64,000 nucleotides of DNA, from the IMG/VR virus record IMGVR_UViG_3300045391_006539; one strand, written 5' to 3'. Below the pieces are notes generated by a model. That model had not been told where the DNA came from, made no database searches, and worked only from the letters and a program-made list of their open reading frames with translations. The position numbers were made by a program, and so were the translations under genes. Positions 53,073 to 61,858 of this stretch are shown in pieces (position 1 is the stretch's first letter; each line of letters starts with the position of its first letter). The stretch comes from a virus (lineage: Duplodnaviria; Caudoviricetes).

Positions 53073-54023
53073 ATGGCACGTTCTGTAAACATACTCCTCG
53101 ATTCCATGTCCCCGCGTGGTCACCGGCTGACCACGTATCTCGTCTCCATCCCGCGCATCCTGCTGGCGGAGTGGAATACGCACTGCGTGTTCGCACGCAA
53201 CAGTGCCAGCAGTCGTGCGGTGCCCACGAAAAAGATGATTGAACGGGTCCAGACCGACCCGTTCATCCCCTCGAAGTGGGGCAAGAACCAGAAGGGGATG
53301 ACGGCGGTCGAGGAAATCATCGGGGAGCTCGCCTTCGAATGTGAGCGCGAATGGCTGCACGCTCGCGACAACGCGGTCTACCAATCCCAGAAGCTGCTCG
53401 AGCTGGGTGTACACAAGCAGCTCACCAACCGTTTGCTCGAACCCTTCATGTGGCATGAGCTCATCAACACGGCGACCGAGTACTCGAACTTCTTCAATCT
53501 GAGGAACCACAAGGAGGCTCACCCTGACTTCCAGCCCATCGCCGCCGAGATGGAGAGGCTCTACAGGGTCAATGAGCCCGTCCATCTCGGGGAGGGGTCA
53601 TGGCACGCTCCCTTTGCCAAGTACGACGAGAACCTCGGCTCCCAGATGCGGGAAATCACCGCAGGGCGTTGTGCTCGTCTCAGCTACTTGACCCATGACG
53701 GGGCATATGACCCGCCTGCCGACATTGGTGTCCATGACAAGCTCCTGAGCAATGGACACATGAGCCCGCTCGAGCATGCAGCTCGTCCCATGGATGACCG
53801 GGAGTACGAATACTTCTTCAAACAGCCCAAGTTCGAGTGGGACCGCATCAACCAGATGTTCATTCATCTGAGTGACCCAGAAGGCGGCCTTCTTTACACT
53901 CACTTTTGCGCGAAGTTCCAGGGCTGGGTTCAGTACCGCAAAGAGATTCCTCATGAGGAGGACTATCTTGGGTACTTGAAGCAACGTGAGCAGCAAGTAA
54001 AAACCCAGAGCGATGCGGAATGA
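53073..54023 (+). CDS. thyX: FAD-dependent thymidylate synthase
   Basis: PR.LLAEWNTHCVFARNSASSRA (variant of the RHRx7S motif), GVHKQ..NRLL, FFNLR..AHP, CARLSY, HMSPLEH. Confidence 0.85.
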   Translation: MARSVNILLDSMSPRGHRLTTYLVSIPRILLAEWNTHCVFARNSASSRAVPTKKMIERVQTDPFIPSKWGKNQKGMTAVEEIIGELAFECEREWLHARDNAVYQSQKLLELGVHKQLTNRLLEPFMWHELINTATEYSNFFNLRNHKEAHPDFQPIAAEMERLYRVNEPVHLGEGSWHAPFAKYDENLGSQMREITAGRCARLSYLTHDGAYDPPADIGVHDKLLSNGHMSPLEHAARPMDDREYEYFFKQPKFEWDRINQMFIHLSDPEGGLLYTHFCAKFQGWVQYRKEIPHEEDYLGYLKQREQQVKTQSDAE

Positions 54024-54041
54024 GACTGACGGAGGTCCCAT

Positions 54042-54449
54042 ATGACTATGAAGAAGCTCATCGCTCTATCGCTCGTTCTGTTCTGTGGTTGCGAACAACA
54101 GGAAGTCGGCTTCGACACACTGGAAACGGCGCGTCTTCAGGCCCGTGAGAACGCCAAGTGGAATGCCCAGAACTTTCGGCAGAACGACCCACGCTTCACT
54201 GGTATGGACATAGTAGTTCGAGGTGACAGCACCCAAGCCCCGAACTGCCCACAAGGTGATGGCTGGGCGAGTGTGGACTATCTGTCAACAGACAAAAAGA
54301 CCACCATCAAGGCCAAGTGCTCCACGGTCTCGGCTGCCGTGAGTTGCATGACGGACGAGGATTTCAAGAGCAAGTCGTACGCTCAAGAGGATGGGCACTG
54401 CCAGAACACCAACAAGGTGCCCTTCCCGTTCCGTAAAATCGTCGAGTGA
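54042..54449 (+). CDS. Putative lipoprotein
   Basis: MKKLIALSLVLFCG-C signal/lipobox; several Cys. Confidence 0.65.
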   Translation: MTMKKLIALSLVLFCGCEQQEVGFDTLETARLQARENAKWNAQNFRQNDPRFTGMDIVVRGDSTQAPNCPQGDGWASVDYLSTDKKTTIKAKCSTVSAAVSCMTDEDFKSKSYAQEDGHCQNTNKVPFPFRKIVE

Positions 54450-55126
54450 TGCTCAGCTACCTGCAACAATACGGCTTACAGCTCATCGAGCAGACTCGAG
54501 TAGATTACGTCATCGGTATCGATGAGGTCGGGCTCGGCGCGTGCGCCGGGCCCCTGCTCGTCTGTGGCGCGGTCTTCGAGAAGAGCTGGCGCCATCCCGA
54601 GGTCAAGGACTCCAAGCAGTTCTCTGGTGGTGGACGCATCGCACACGAGAAGCGCATACGAGTCCTCGAGCAGCACATCAAGCCCGCCGTGCGTTTTCAA
54701 GCCTTGGAACTCGTCACGCACGGTGATATCGACAAGCTCGGGCTGGAAGACGCCGTCCAGGATGCCACTCGGCGTGTCGCCATCCGCTGTACGCGCTACT
54801 ACCGAGACCAGCTCGTGGTGGTGGACGGTGACCATTTCCCCCGTCTCAGCCGAGTCAAGGCTGTCGTGGCCATACCCAAGGGTGACGCGCTGGTCCCTGC
54901 CGTGAGTGCCGCCAGCATCATCGCGAAAACGACGCGGGACGCCGCAATGTTGCTTTCTGCAGAGCTATATCCTGGTTACGGCTTCGAACAGCACATGGGC
55001 TATGGCGTCCCCAGTCACATTGAAGCAATCAAACGACTCGGCCCTTGTCAAATCCATCGCTTGAGTTACAAGCCCGTGCGCGACGCAGCAACATCGTGGG
55101 CCGCGCGCCAGCCGATGGTACCCTAA
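54446..55126 (+). CDS. rnhB: Ribonuclease HII
   Basis: GIDEVG.G..AGP, KDSK, VDG, KGD..VSAASIIAK..RD, GYG, HRLSY. Confidence 0.92.
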   Translation: MMLSYLQQYGLQLIEQTRVDYVIGIDEVGLGACAGPLLVCGAVFEKSWRHPEVKDSKQFSGGGRIAHEKRIRVLEQHIKPAVRFQALELVTHGDIDKLGLEDAVQDATRRVAIRCTRYYRDQLVVVDGDHFPRLSRVKAVVAIPKGDALVPAVSAASIIAKTTRDAAMLLSAELYPGYGFEQHMGYGVPSHIEAIKRLGPCQIHRLSYKPVRDAATSWAARQPMVP

Positions 55127-55199
55127 TGAAGCGGCATGTCATCTGGCGAATGTGGCCGCCGAAGCAGGGTGGCATGCCGCCCTTCGGGTAAAATGCGTC

Positions 55200-55421
55200 A
55201 TGGCCGTTTCCATCGAAGAGCGCAATGCCCGTCTCGACGCCCTCGGCACCGCCATCTCTCAGTGGGCGGCACAGCGCCGAGACTACCTGCAGAAACAAGT
55301 TGCATTCAGTAAACGCTTGCTCAAAGGTAGGACTGGGTCGGAGCGCCTCAACCAAGCCTCCGTGGAGAGCGCGACGGCACTCACCGTAGACCAAATCAAC
55401 GAATTTCTTACAGGTGGTTGA
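55200..55421 (+). CDS. Hypothetical protein
   Basis: ATG 55200, 5 nt after TAAAAT. Confidence 0.55.
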   Translation: MAVSIEERNARLDALGTAISQWAAQRRDYLQKQVAFSKRLLKGRTGSERLNQASVESATALTVDQINEFLTGG

Positions 55422-55451
55422 TGCGAGTACCAACTTCACCGGGGAGTGAGC

Positions 55452-55739
55452 ATGAGCGAAACTGTAGATGAAGTGGGCGCGGGCACAGAGACACCCGCGC
55501 CCCCGACGCACGTGAGCGACATCGAACGGCTGACGGTGGCGAATCTGGCGCTGACCAGCCGCGTGCTCTTGAACGACCGCAAAGAGCTCATCGTGCAGCT
55601 GCAAAAGACGGACATCAAGCTCGCCGAGACCCGCGACCTCATCCGTAAGGCGCAGGAAGAACTAGCGAAGAAGTACGGCATCGACTTCTCCAAACAGCAG
55701 ATTGAGGTCGATACTGGGCGCATCATCCCCGCACCCTGA
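55452..55739 (+). CDS. Coiled-coil hypothetical protein
   Basis: ATG after GGGGAG. Confidence 0.55.
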   Translation: MSETVDEVGAGTETPAPPTHVSDIERLTVANLALTSRVLLNDRKELIVQLQKTDIKLAETRDLIRKAQEELAKKYGIDFSKQQIEVDTGRIIPAP

Positions 55740-55751
55740 AAGACCTCATCG

Positions 55752-56774
55752 ATGCCAAACGTAGTCCTCAGCGCCACGCCCATTGCGACGCGCGGCGAAA
55801 TCATGCTCGTCGAGCTCCAAGCCGTGACCCAGGACGAGGACTGGGTCGGTCTCTACAGTCAACTGCAGTTCTTCCGCTCGACCCAGGGTCCCTCGGGGCC
55901 TTGGGAGGAGCTCACGGCGCCCACGTGGACGCGGCCGCGACTGCCCGCCGGCGCGGGGGATGCGCCGGTAGACCCCGTCACCGGCCCAGCTCTCTTCATC
56001 GTGAATGCCGAGCTCGTGCTCGTGAACAACGGGCAGACCCGGACTATCACGTTCACGGGTTCGGACCCTCTCACCACGGCGCAAGCGGCAGCGCAGGTGG
56101 TGAGTCAGGGTGGCGGCCTCTTCGATGCCCATGTCGCCGAGAATGGTCAGTTCGTCGTCGAGGCCACCCTGCCTGGTCTACAGAGCCAGCTCATGGTTTT
56201 ACCGAGTGATGGCTCCATCATTCTCGGCTTTTCCACGACCGAGCCGGGCAACACGGCCACTGGTCGTGACGTGCGCCTCGGACTCGTCGAGGGCACGACG
56301 ACCTACCCGCTCATCGACTACTTCGGAAGTCGGGACTACTACTACCGCACGCGCTACTTCGACCCGCTCACGGGCGCCCAGAGCGAGCCGAGCGCCGTCT
56401 TTCAGGTAGGCACCCCCTTACCACCCGAGGACATCGTCATCGGCTGGGTCTCCATGGTGGACGGACGGGGTGTCCCCATGTCGTATGAAGTTCGTGTCTA
56501 CACGGAATCCAGTGGTGGACCAGTCGACGCGTTCGTGGTCGTGGGCAGCACCCAGGTTGCCCGCGGCGACGAGAACGGGCGCGCCGAGTTCCGCTTGCTG
56601 CGTGGGCAGCGCGTCAGCGTATCGATTCAGGGCACCAACCTCGTGCGCACGCTCACCGTTCCCATCGACCCGGACGTGACGAGCTTCAACCTACTCGGCA
56701 GTGATGTCGGGCCCTTCGACGTCTATCGGGCTGCAGTCCCCGAGCTCATCACAGCCGAACGCCGCACGCTGTGA
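55752..56774 (+). CDS. Putative virion structural protein (FN3-like, sheath-like module, prealbumin-like fold)
   Basis: FFRSTQGPSGPWEEL..YYYRTRY; LVLVNNGQTRTITF..TTAQAAAQV; DENGRAEFRL. Confidence 0.5.
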   Translation: MPNVVLSATPIATRGEIMLVELQAVTQDEDWVGLYSQLQFFRSTQGPSGPWEELTAPTWTRPRLPAGAGDAPVDPVTGPALFIVNAELVLVNNGQTRTITFTGSDPLTTAQAAAQVVSQGGGLFDAHVAENGQFVVEATLPGLQSQLMVLPSDGSIILGFSTTEPGNTATGRDVRLGLVEGTTTYPLIDYFGSRDYYYRTRYFDPLTGAQSEPSAVFQVGTPLPPEDIVIGWVSMVDGRGVPMSYEVRVYTESSGGPVDAFVVVGSTQVARGDENGRAEFRLLRGQRVSVSIQGTNLVRTLTVPIDPDVTSFNLLGSDVGPFDVYRAAVPELITAERRTL

Positions 56775-57079
56775 GCATCGACATCGACACGGTCCTGCGC
56801 GTCCTCGACGCATGTGACCGTGAGTTAGAGAAAGAACCTCTCATTAGCTTCGTAGTCCCCAAGCGAGGGGGCGGCACGGGACAAGTGTTTCTGAAATGGC
56901 GTCGGGGCTGGGGTCTCAAGGACTACATCAGGGACCCAGCTCTCACTGGCATCATCAGCTTGTACCAGGCTGCTCACTCGCGTATCGTTGACCATCGCAA
57001 CATCAAGCGACGTCTGACGTACACGCCGAATCAGGGGGACGAGATTCGGTTCATCAGAACGAAACCATCTCGAGTGTGA
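56771..57079 (+). CDS. Hypothetical protein
   Basis: GTGA-coupled. Confidence 0.5.
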   Translation: MSIDIDTVLRVLDACDRELEKEPLISFVVPKRGGGTGQVFLKWRRGWGLKDYIRDPALTGIISLYQAAHSRIVDHRNIKRRLTYTPNQGDEIRFIRTKPSRV

Positions 57080-57082
57080 CCT

Positions 57083-57955
57083 TTGGCAAATGAAGCCGTA
57101 GACGTGTTCGTGAAGGACCAGCTGGACCAATCGCTCTCGGGCGTCATCGTCCGCATCTTCAATCCCACGACGCACGTTCCGTACACGCAGCAGGAAACAG
57201 ACACCAATGGACAAGCGAGTTTCCTGCTCGAACCAGGCAATTACGAGATGCGGTTCTATCGCTACCGCACCACGTTTTCCCAGCCCCAGTTCTTCGAGGT
57301 GGTCGCCGACCAGCTCAATCAGTTCGACGTCAGCGCCGAAGTTTTCATCCCTCCCATCTCGAACGATGCACGCCTCTGTCGCTGCTCGGGGCTCTTTCGA
57401 AACCCCGATGGGTCAGCGCAGGCGTATCTCGACATGAGCTTCTATCCCGACTTCGCACCCATCTTGCTCGAAGAGACGGGCGTCGTGCCGAGGCACGTGA
57501 ACATCCGCACGAACGAAGATGGCTACGCCAGCATCGATTTGATTCGTGGTGGCTGCTACCGAGTGACGGTCGAGGGTCTCGACAACGAAGAGCGCTACGT
57601 GCGCGTGCCGCTGCTCGCGAGCACGAATCTACCCGACCTGCTCTTCCCCGTCGTCGAACGCATCGTCTTCGACCCCGCGGGGCCCTGGACCATCGCCGTC
57701 GATGCCGAGCTCGAGGTGACGCCCACGGTCTATGACAGCGCCGGCGCCATCCTCGCGGGCACGGGTCAGAACGACGTCGACTGGCGCTCGAGCGACCTCG
57801 ACGTGCTCGGACTACAGGTCAAGCAGACCACGCTCGTCTTGCGCGGCATCGCGACGGGCTCGGCCGAGCTCCGCGCGGGGCGCCGTGACCTCTCCATCAT
57901 CGTCATCCCCTCCATCCCCATTGCCGGACAACCCATTGCAGTGACGGTACCGTGA
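57083..57955 (+). CDS. Putative structural protein with two prealbumin-like repeats and an Ig-like domain
   Basis: TDTNGQASFLLEPGNY; TNEDGYASIDLIRGGCY; VDWRSSD..GIATGSA; TTG start. Confidence 0.55.
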   Translation: MANEAVDVFVKDQLDQSLSGVIVRIFNPTTHVPYTQQETDTNGQASFLLEPGNYEMRFYRYRTTFSQPQFFEVVADQLNQFDVSAEVFIPPISNDARLCRCSGLFRNPDGSAQAYLDMSFYPDFAPILLEETGVVPRHVNIRTNEDGYASIDLIRGGCYRVTVEGLDNEERYVRVPLLASTNLPDLLFPVVERIVFDPAGPWTIAVDAELEVTPTVYDSAGAILAGTGQNDVDWRSSDLDVLGLQVKQTTLVLRGIATGSAELRAGRRDLSIIVIPSIPIAGQPIAVTVP

Positions 57956-58773
57956 CAGACACCCACGCCCTGCTCACCCTCCAGGCCGCTCAGGTCGCCG
58001 CCATGGCGCTCCGAGCCATCTCCAGCATCCAGCCAATCCTCGGGCCGCCCAATGGCGAGGTGAGCGGGTTCCGCGAGGCCCTCACGGCCCTGCGCGCGCT
58101 CTACCAAGAGCCCGGGATACCGGTACCCAAGGCCCCGCGTCGCCTGCGCCGGCGACCCCAGGCCCAGCCCCGGGTGCACCTGCCCAAACGGCTCTCCGAG
58201 CGGCCCCCACCGCCCCCTCCCGAGCCCGTGGCGCTCGAGGTGGACGAGGAGAGCCCCTGGGACCCCGAGCCCCTCTACGAGGCCTCCCGGTGCCAGGCGT
58301 TCCTCATGGAGGTCATCCGGCGCGCGGCCCACGACTATGTGCTGTACCGCCAGCACAAGCGCATGGACCTCAAGATGCTGGCCGAACAGGCCTTCACCTG
58401 GCTCTTCGAGGAGGAGCCTGGTCACCCGGCCTGGAAGCAGCGCGAGCGAGCGCTGTTCAAAGTGGTCGATGGGGTTTCGGGGGACGAGGTGGTCGAGGTG
58501 GGCAGTCGGCGGCTGACGAGCTTCCTGTCCATCTGTGAGGCATGCAACCTAGACCCTGGGGCAGTGCGCGACAGAGTCCGCGAGATGACTGTCGAATCCA
58601 TCATGCGCACGGGTAGACACGTCGAGCGTCGCAAGCCGCGCGCCAACGCAGACGCGACCAGTATCGAGACACATGCCATCGTCGTAGACATCGACATGGA
58701 CGCGCTCGATGCCGAGGCTCAGAGCGACTACTACGATTCGCGTGACTCCTATGGCATAGACCATTCGTGGTGA
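57952..58773 (+). CDS. Hypothetical protein
   Basis: EVIRRAAHDY..A..WLF..SFLSICEACNLDP..VR pattern of small phage proteins. Confidence 0.55.
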   Translation: MTDTHALLTLQAAQVAAMALRAISSIQPILGPPNGEVSGFREALTALRALYQEPGIPVPKAPRRLRRRPQAQPRVHLPKRLSERPPPPPPEPVALEVDEESPWDPEPLYEASRCQAFLMEVIRRAAHDYVLYRQHKRMDLKMLAEQAFTWLFEEEPGHPAWKQRERALFKVVDGVSGDEVVEVGSRRLTSFLSICEACNLDPGAVRDRVREMTVESIMRTGRHVERRKPRANADATSIETHAIVVDIDMDALDAEAQSDYYDSRDSYGIDHSW

Positions 58774-58776
58774 CAC

Positions 58777-58803
58777 TCAATTCTTCCCCGAACGCCGGGA
58801 TAA
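58777..58803 (+). promoter_or_regulatory. Sigma28-like promoter TCAA-N15-CGGGATAA
   Basis: Motif copy 41 nt upstream of ATG 58845. Confidence 0.7.
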
Positions 58804-58844
58804 AACGGGTGTAGGACCACAACCTGCATCAATGGGAGAACGTA

Positions 58845-59423
58845 ATGAGTGATGAACGGAGTGGGGAGAAGAAGCGCTGGCTCGTGCGGACTTGGGATGT
58901 CCCTACGACCATGTCTGGAGTGAACAAGACTGTCGAGGCTGCAAACATCGAAGCGCAGCTCAACGAGCTCGCCGCCAATGACTACGACATCCATGCCGTC
59001 GACCTCGACCAGAAGCTCGTGGTCGGTCGCCTCGATGACGAAAAAGTACAGAGCCATGTCTTTGCAACGTTCGGGAGCAACGCGCCAGTGCAGCCCCAGC
59101 CCACCGAACACCCCTCAACGGACAGCTCTACAGAATTCGAGCTCATGGGGATGCACACGACTGAACTGCTCAACAATCTGAGTTCGGTCGTTGCTGCCAT
59201 CCGCTATCTACCCGAGAGTGTCGTCAACGACCGCATCACCTTCCTCGCCAGGGAGTTCGGTCGTGGCAAACCACATGATGAAGTCGTCAAGAGCCTCGAC
59301 GACATCAAGAGATGTCATAGCACTCATCTCTCGCACTGCTCGGCGGGCTGCCCTCGAGACAAGGTCTACGCGATGGTGACCAAGAGTCTCCAGGACCATC
59401 TCGCAGCGAACCCTTTGAGTTGA
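58845..59423 (+). CDS. Hypothetical protein
   Basis: SD GGGAG; own promoter; ends at the convergent hairpin. Confidence 0.6.
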   Translation: MSDERSGEKKRWLVRTWDVPTTMSGVNKTVEAANIEAQLNELAANDYDIHAVDLDQKLVVGRLDDEKVQSHVFATFGSNAPVQPQPTEHPSTDSSTEFELMGMHTTELLNNLSSVVAAIRYLPESVVNDRITFLAREFGRGKPHDEVVKSLDDIKRCHSTHLSHCSAGCPRDKVYAMVTKSLQDHLAANPLS

Positions 59424-59425
59424 GG

Positions 59426-59462
59426 GGCTAAAGAAAGCGCGCCCCATGTAGGGGGCGCGCTT
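59426..59462 (-). terminator. Intrinsic, probably bidirectional terminator with TAGCC tail
   Basis: AAGCGCGCCCC/GGGGCGCGCTT 11-bp stem; minus strand continues TCTTTAGCC. Confidence 0.75.
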
Positions 59463-59481
59463 CCTGCGTTCTGCTTAGCAT

Positions 59482-60111
59482 TCAGTTCGAGTAGCAGAGC
59501 GCACGGGCGAGAATCTCGACGCCGCCCGGATTGGTTTTGCTGTAGAAGCAGGACCAGGTGTTGAACTCGACATCCGGGAAGCTGCCCGTGATGGCCACCG
59601 TCGTGCCACCCGAGGTGATGACGCAGCCGCCACCGATGAGCGTGTCACCCTCGTCGCAGGGCGAGAGTACTTGACCAGACATCGCACTCACACTGCCACG
59701 GCTGTCAGCTTGGTAGATGTGGCTCGAGTCGAACCCGCCTGCTACCCCTGCGGGGCCTTGTAGACCACGTGGGCCTTGCGCGCCCTGAGCGCCCGCGGGA
59801 CCCTGCGGTCCTTGAGCACCTGCCGAACCCGCGGGACCTGCCGGACCACGCTCGCCAGCGGGGCCCTGCTCGCCTTGCGCACCCGGCTCGCCCTTGGAGC
59901 CTCGAGGTCCCTCGGGACCAGCAGCACCGGGTTCGCCTTGTGGACCCTGGGGGCCCGGTTCTGCGGAACACTCACACGAGGCCGGCTGCTCCTCGGTAGT
60001 CTCGTCAGCTTTCGCGTCTGGCGCGAAGTCGACTTTCATGCCGCCGCAGGCGACGAAGGCGATGGTGATGATGGACGTGATGATGGACTTCGAAACGTTG
60101 GACTTCTTCAT
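59482..60111 (-). CDS. Collagen-like lipoprotein
   Basis: Start re-called to MKKSNVSK; FVA-C lipobox; 24 Gly-X-Y triplets; Cys-containing C-terminal domain. Confidence 0.75.
   Translation of the reverse strand: MKKSNVSKSIITSIITIAFVACGGMKVDFAPDAKADETTEEQPASCECSAEPGPQGPQGEPGAAGPEGPRGSKGEPGAQGEQGPAGERGPAGPAGSAGAQGPQGPAGAQGAQGPRGLQGPAGVAGGFDSSHIYQADSRGSVSAMSGQVLSPCDEGDTLIGGGCVITSGGTTVAITGSFPDVEFNTWSCFYSKTNPGGVEILARALCYSN
59740..59955 (-). repeat. Collagen (Gly-X-Y)24 repeat
   Basis: [12 protein letters not shown]...GLQGPAGVA. Confidence 0.9.
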
Positions 60112-60137
60112 GGTTGTTGTTTTCCCTCTCGATATAG

Positions 60138-60164
60138 TTATGCCCGAAATCCGATAGAATTTGC
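60138..60164 (-). promoter_or_regulatory. Sigma28-like promoter GCAA-N15-GGGCATAA
   Basis: Motif copy 27 nt upstream of ATG 60111. Confidence 0.7.
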
Positions 60165-60168
60165 GTCC

Positions 60169-60321
60169 ATGGACACCGTTGCAGTCATCATCACCATCCT
60201 GCTCTGGCTCGCTGTTGCTCTCATCATGAATAAGGCCTGGGTCTCGATAGCCTGCATGGTCATGATTGCTCTCACGTGTATCGCGTACGTCGTCCCTCTC
60301 CTCCGAAAGCGAAAAGAATGA
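60169..60321 (+). CDS. 50-aa two-TM membrane protein
   Basis: [30 protein letters not shown]; ATGA overlap with the next gene. Confidence 0.5.
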   Translation: MDTVAVIITILLWLAVALIMNKAWVSIACMVMIALTCIAYVVPLLRKRKE

Positions 60322-60965
60322 GTAACTCACCCCTCTCCGAGGCCCTCTATCGCAAGAACATCTTCACACCGCGCGTGCTCATCGATGTCGATGACGTCTG
60401 CGCGCAGTTCCGTGCTGCGTACGTCGCTCTCGCCAACCAGTACTACCAAGAATCAGCCGTCAATCCCAAGTTCTGGTCTGTCGAAGACACCCATTCGGCC
60501 TGGGACGTGGAATCGGCGATGGGCCTCACTCCAGCCGAGCAGGCAGCCATCTGGCAGCAGGTCAATACGAGCTCGTTTGCTGCCCAGCTCGAACCTGTGA
60601 CTGGGTCTGTGCAGGCCATCAAGCGCATTGCCAAGCGCTACGAGGTCGGCTTCGTCACCAAGCCCTTGAAGAGTAGCCCCACATGGACGTACGACAGGAA
60701 GAAGTGGCTCAAGAAGCACTTCGGACAGCTCGGTGAGAACGTCGTGAGCACGGCCCTCAAGGGTTGGGTCGATGGGGACTATCTCATCGAGGACCGATTG
60801 CCCATGGCGCAGCAGTGGGTCGAGCAACGCCTCTTACGTGGGCATCCACGCATCACGCCCATCGGCATCATCTACGCCTGGCCCTACAATGAACTACCCG
60901 AGGTCTACCACAACCTCGTGCGCTTCTCGGACTGGGAAAGCATCTTGGACTATCTCGGATGTTGA
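60318..60965 (+). CDS. 5'(3')-deoxyribonucleotidase (HAD, NT5C-like)
   Basis: [30 protein letters not shown]...W. Confidence 0.82.
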   Translation: MSNSPLSEALYRKNIFTPRVLIDVDDVCAQFRAAYVALANQYYQESAVNPKFWSVEDTHSAWDVESAMGLTPAEQAAIWQQVNTSSFAAQLEPVTGSVQAIKRIAKRYEVGFVTKPLKSSPTWTYDRKKWLKKHFGQLGENVVSTALKGWVDGDYLIEDRLPMAQQWVEQRLLRGHPRITPIGIIYAWPYNELPEVYHNLVRFSDWESILDYLGC

Positions 60966-61333
60966 GCATCACAGAGCCTGCACCTGCCCCAGTCTGGTTG
61001 AGAATCGTCGTGGCCTTGTTCATCGCAAGTATCATGCTCGCGCTGGTGGTCTACGTCCTCTGGGTCGAACTCGGAGTGAGGCGCGAGAAGTTCGCAGGCA
61101 TTGCACGTATCCGAGAAGATACACGACTCCTGGGAATATACGGCGAGTGGTTCAACTCTCTATCTGCGGGTGACCTACCACCCGATTACTTCAAGGCCAT
61201 CCTTCACGAGAGCGATATCATCCTAGACCGAGCCAAGAAAGACCAGCCCATCTATGACCTCATCCAAATCAGGCTCCGGGGAACCCCCTACGAGCGAAAA
61301 CTGCGAGAAGGACAGTCAGACAAACGTCGATGA
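60959..61333 (+). CDS. Membrane protein
   Basis: TM VWLRIVVALFIASIMLALVVYVLWV. Confidence 0.55.
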   Translation: MLSITEPAPAPVWLRIVVALFIASIMLALVVYVLWVELGVRREKFAGIARIREDTRLLGIYGEWFNSLSAGDLPPDYFKAILHESDIILDRAKKDQPIYDLIQIRLRGTPYERKLREGQSDKRR

Positions 61334-61370
61334 GCCCAAGCCCAGCGAGGTGAAGACTGAGGAAGTAGTC

Positions 61371-61655
61371 ATGGCCAAGGTCCTCGACATTCGCGACCGG
61401 CTACCCCCACTCGTTTTAGGGGATAACCCTTGTGGACGAGTCGCAACCAAACTGCTCGCCGTACTCACCAACGACGAGAACGAACCCTACGTGCACATCG
61501 CTGCATTGATTGTCACGAGCCATACGCTCCAGCGTCTGCTCAAAGAGGGCTATGGCACGAGTGAAGAAGAGATGCACTACATCCGTGAGCGCGCACACGA
61601 GATGGCCGAGAACATGCGCGTCGAACTCACCTTCAAGAAAGGACCCATGAAGTGA
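61371..61655 (+). CDS. Hypothetical protein
   Basis: ATG 61371 after GAGGA. Confidence 0.5.
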   Translation: MAKVLDIRDRLPPLVLGDNPCGRVATKLLAVLTNDENEPYVHIAALIVTSHTLQRLLKEGYGTSEEEMHYIRERAHEMAENMRVELTFKKGPMK

Positions 61656-61858
61656 GACTGAACCGCGTTGGAGAGGTCTATGGCCGACTCCGTGTCTTGA
61701 GGGCGATGGGCGTCCTGGTCACCCATGACGGACGTACACAGTCATTGTCACAATGGTCGAAGGAACTCGGGATAGGAACGAGCACCCTATCGAGTCGTTA
61801 CCACCGAGGTTTACCAGCGAAGGAGATACTCAGCCGTGTCGGTCTCAGACGTCGATGA
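61652..61858 (+). pseudogene. Internally deleted HNH homing-endonuclease remnant
   Basis: N-terminal VGEVYGRLRVL joined to C-terminal THDGRTQSLSQWSKELGI..STL.SR..RG HTH; no HNH core. Confidence 0.55.

Noticed and set aside
60112-60330. N-terminal extension of the collagen ORF to 60330
   Set aside because: Would bury the signal peptide, span its promoter and overlap the 60169-60321 gene
61400-61426. Extra promoter copy GGGGATAA
   Set aside because: The -35 position reads GCTA and the site is intragenic
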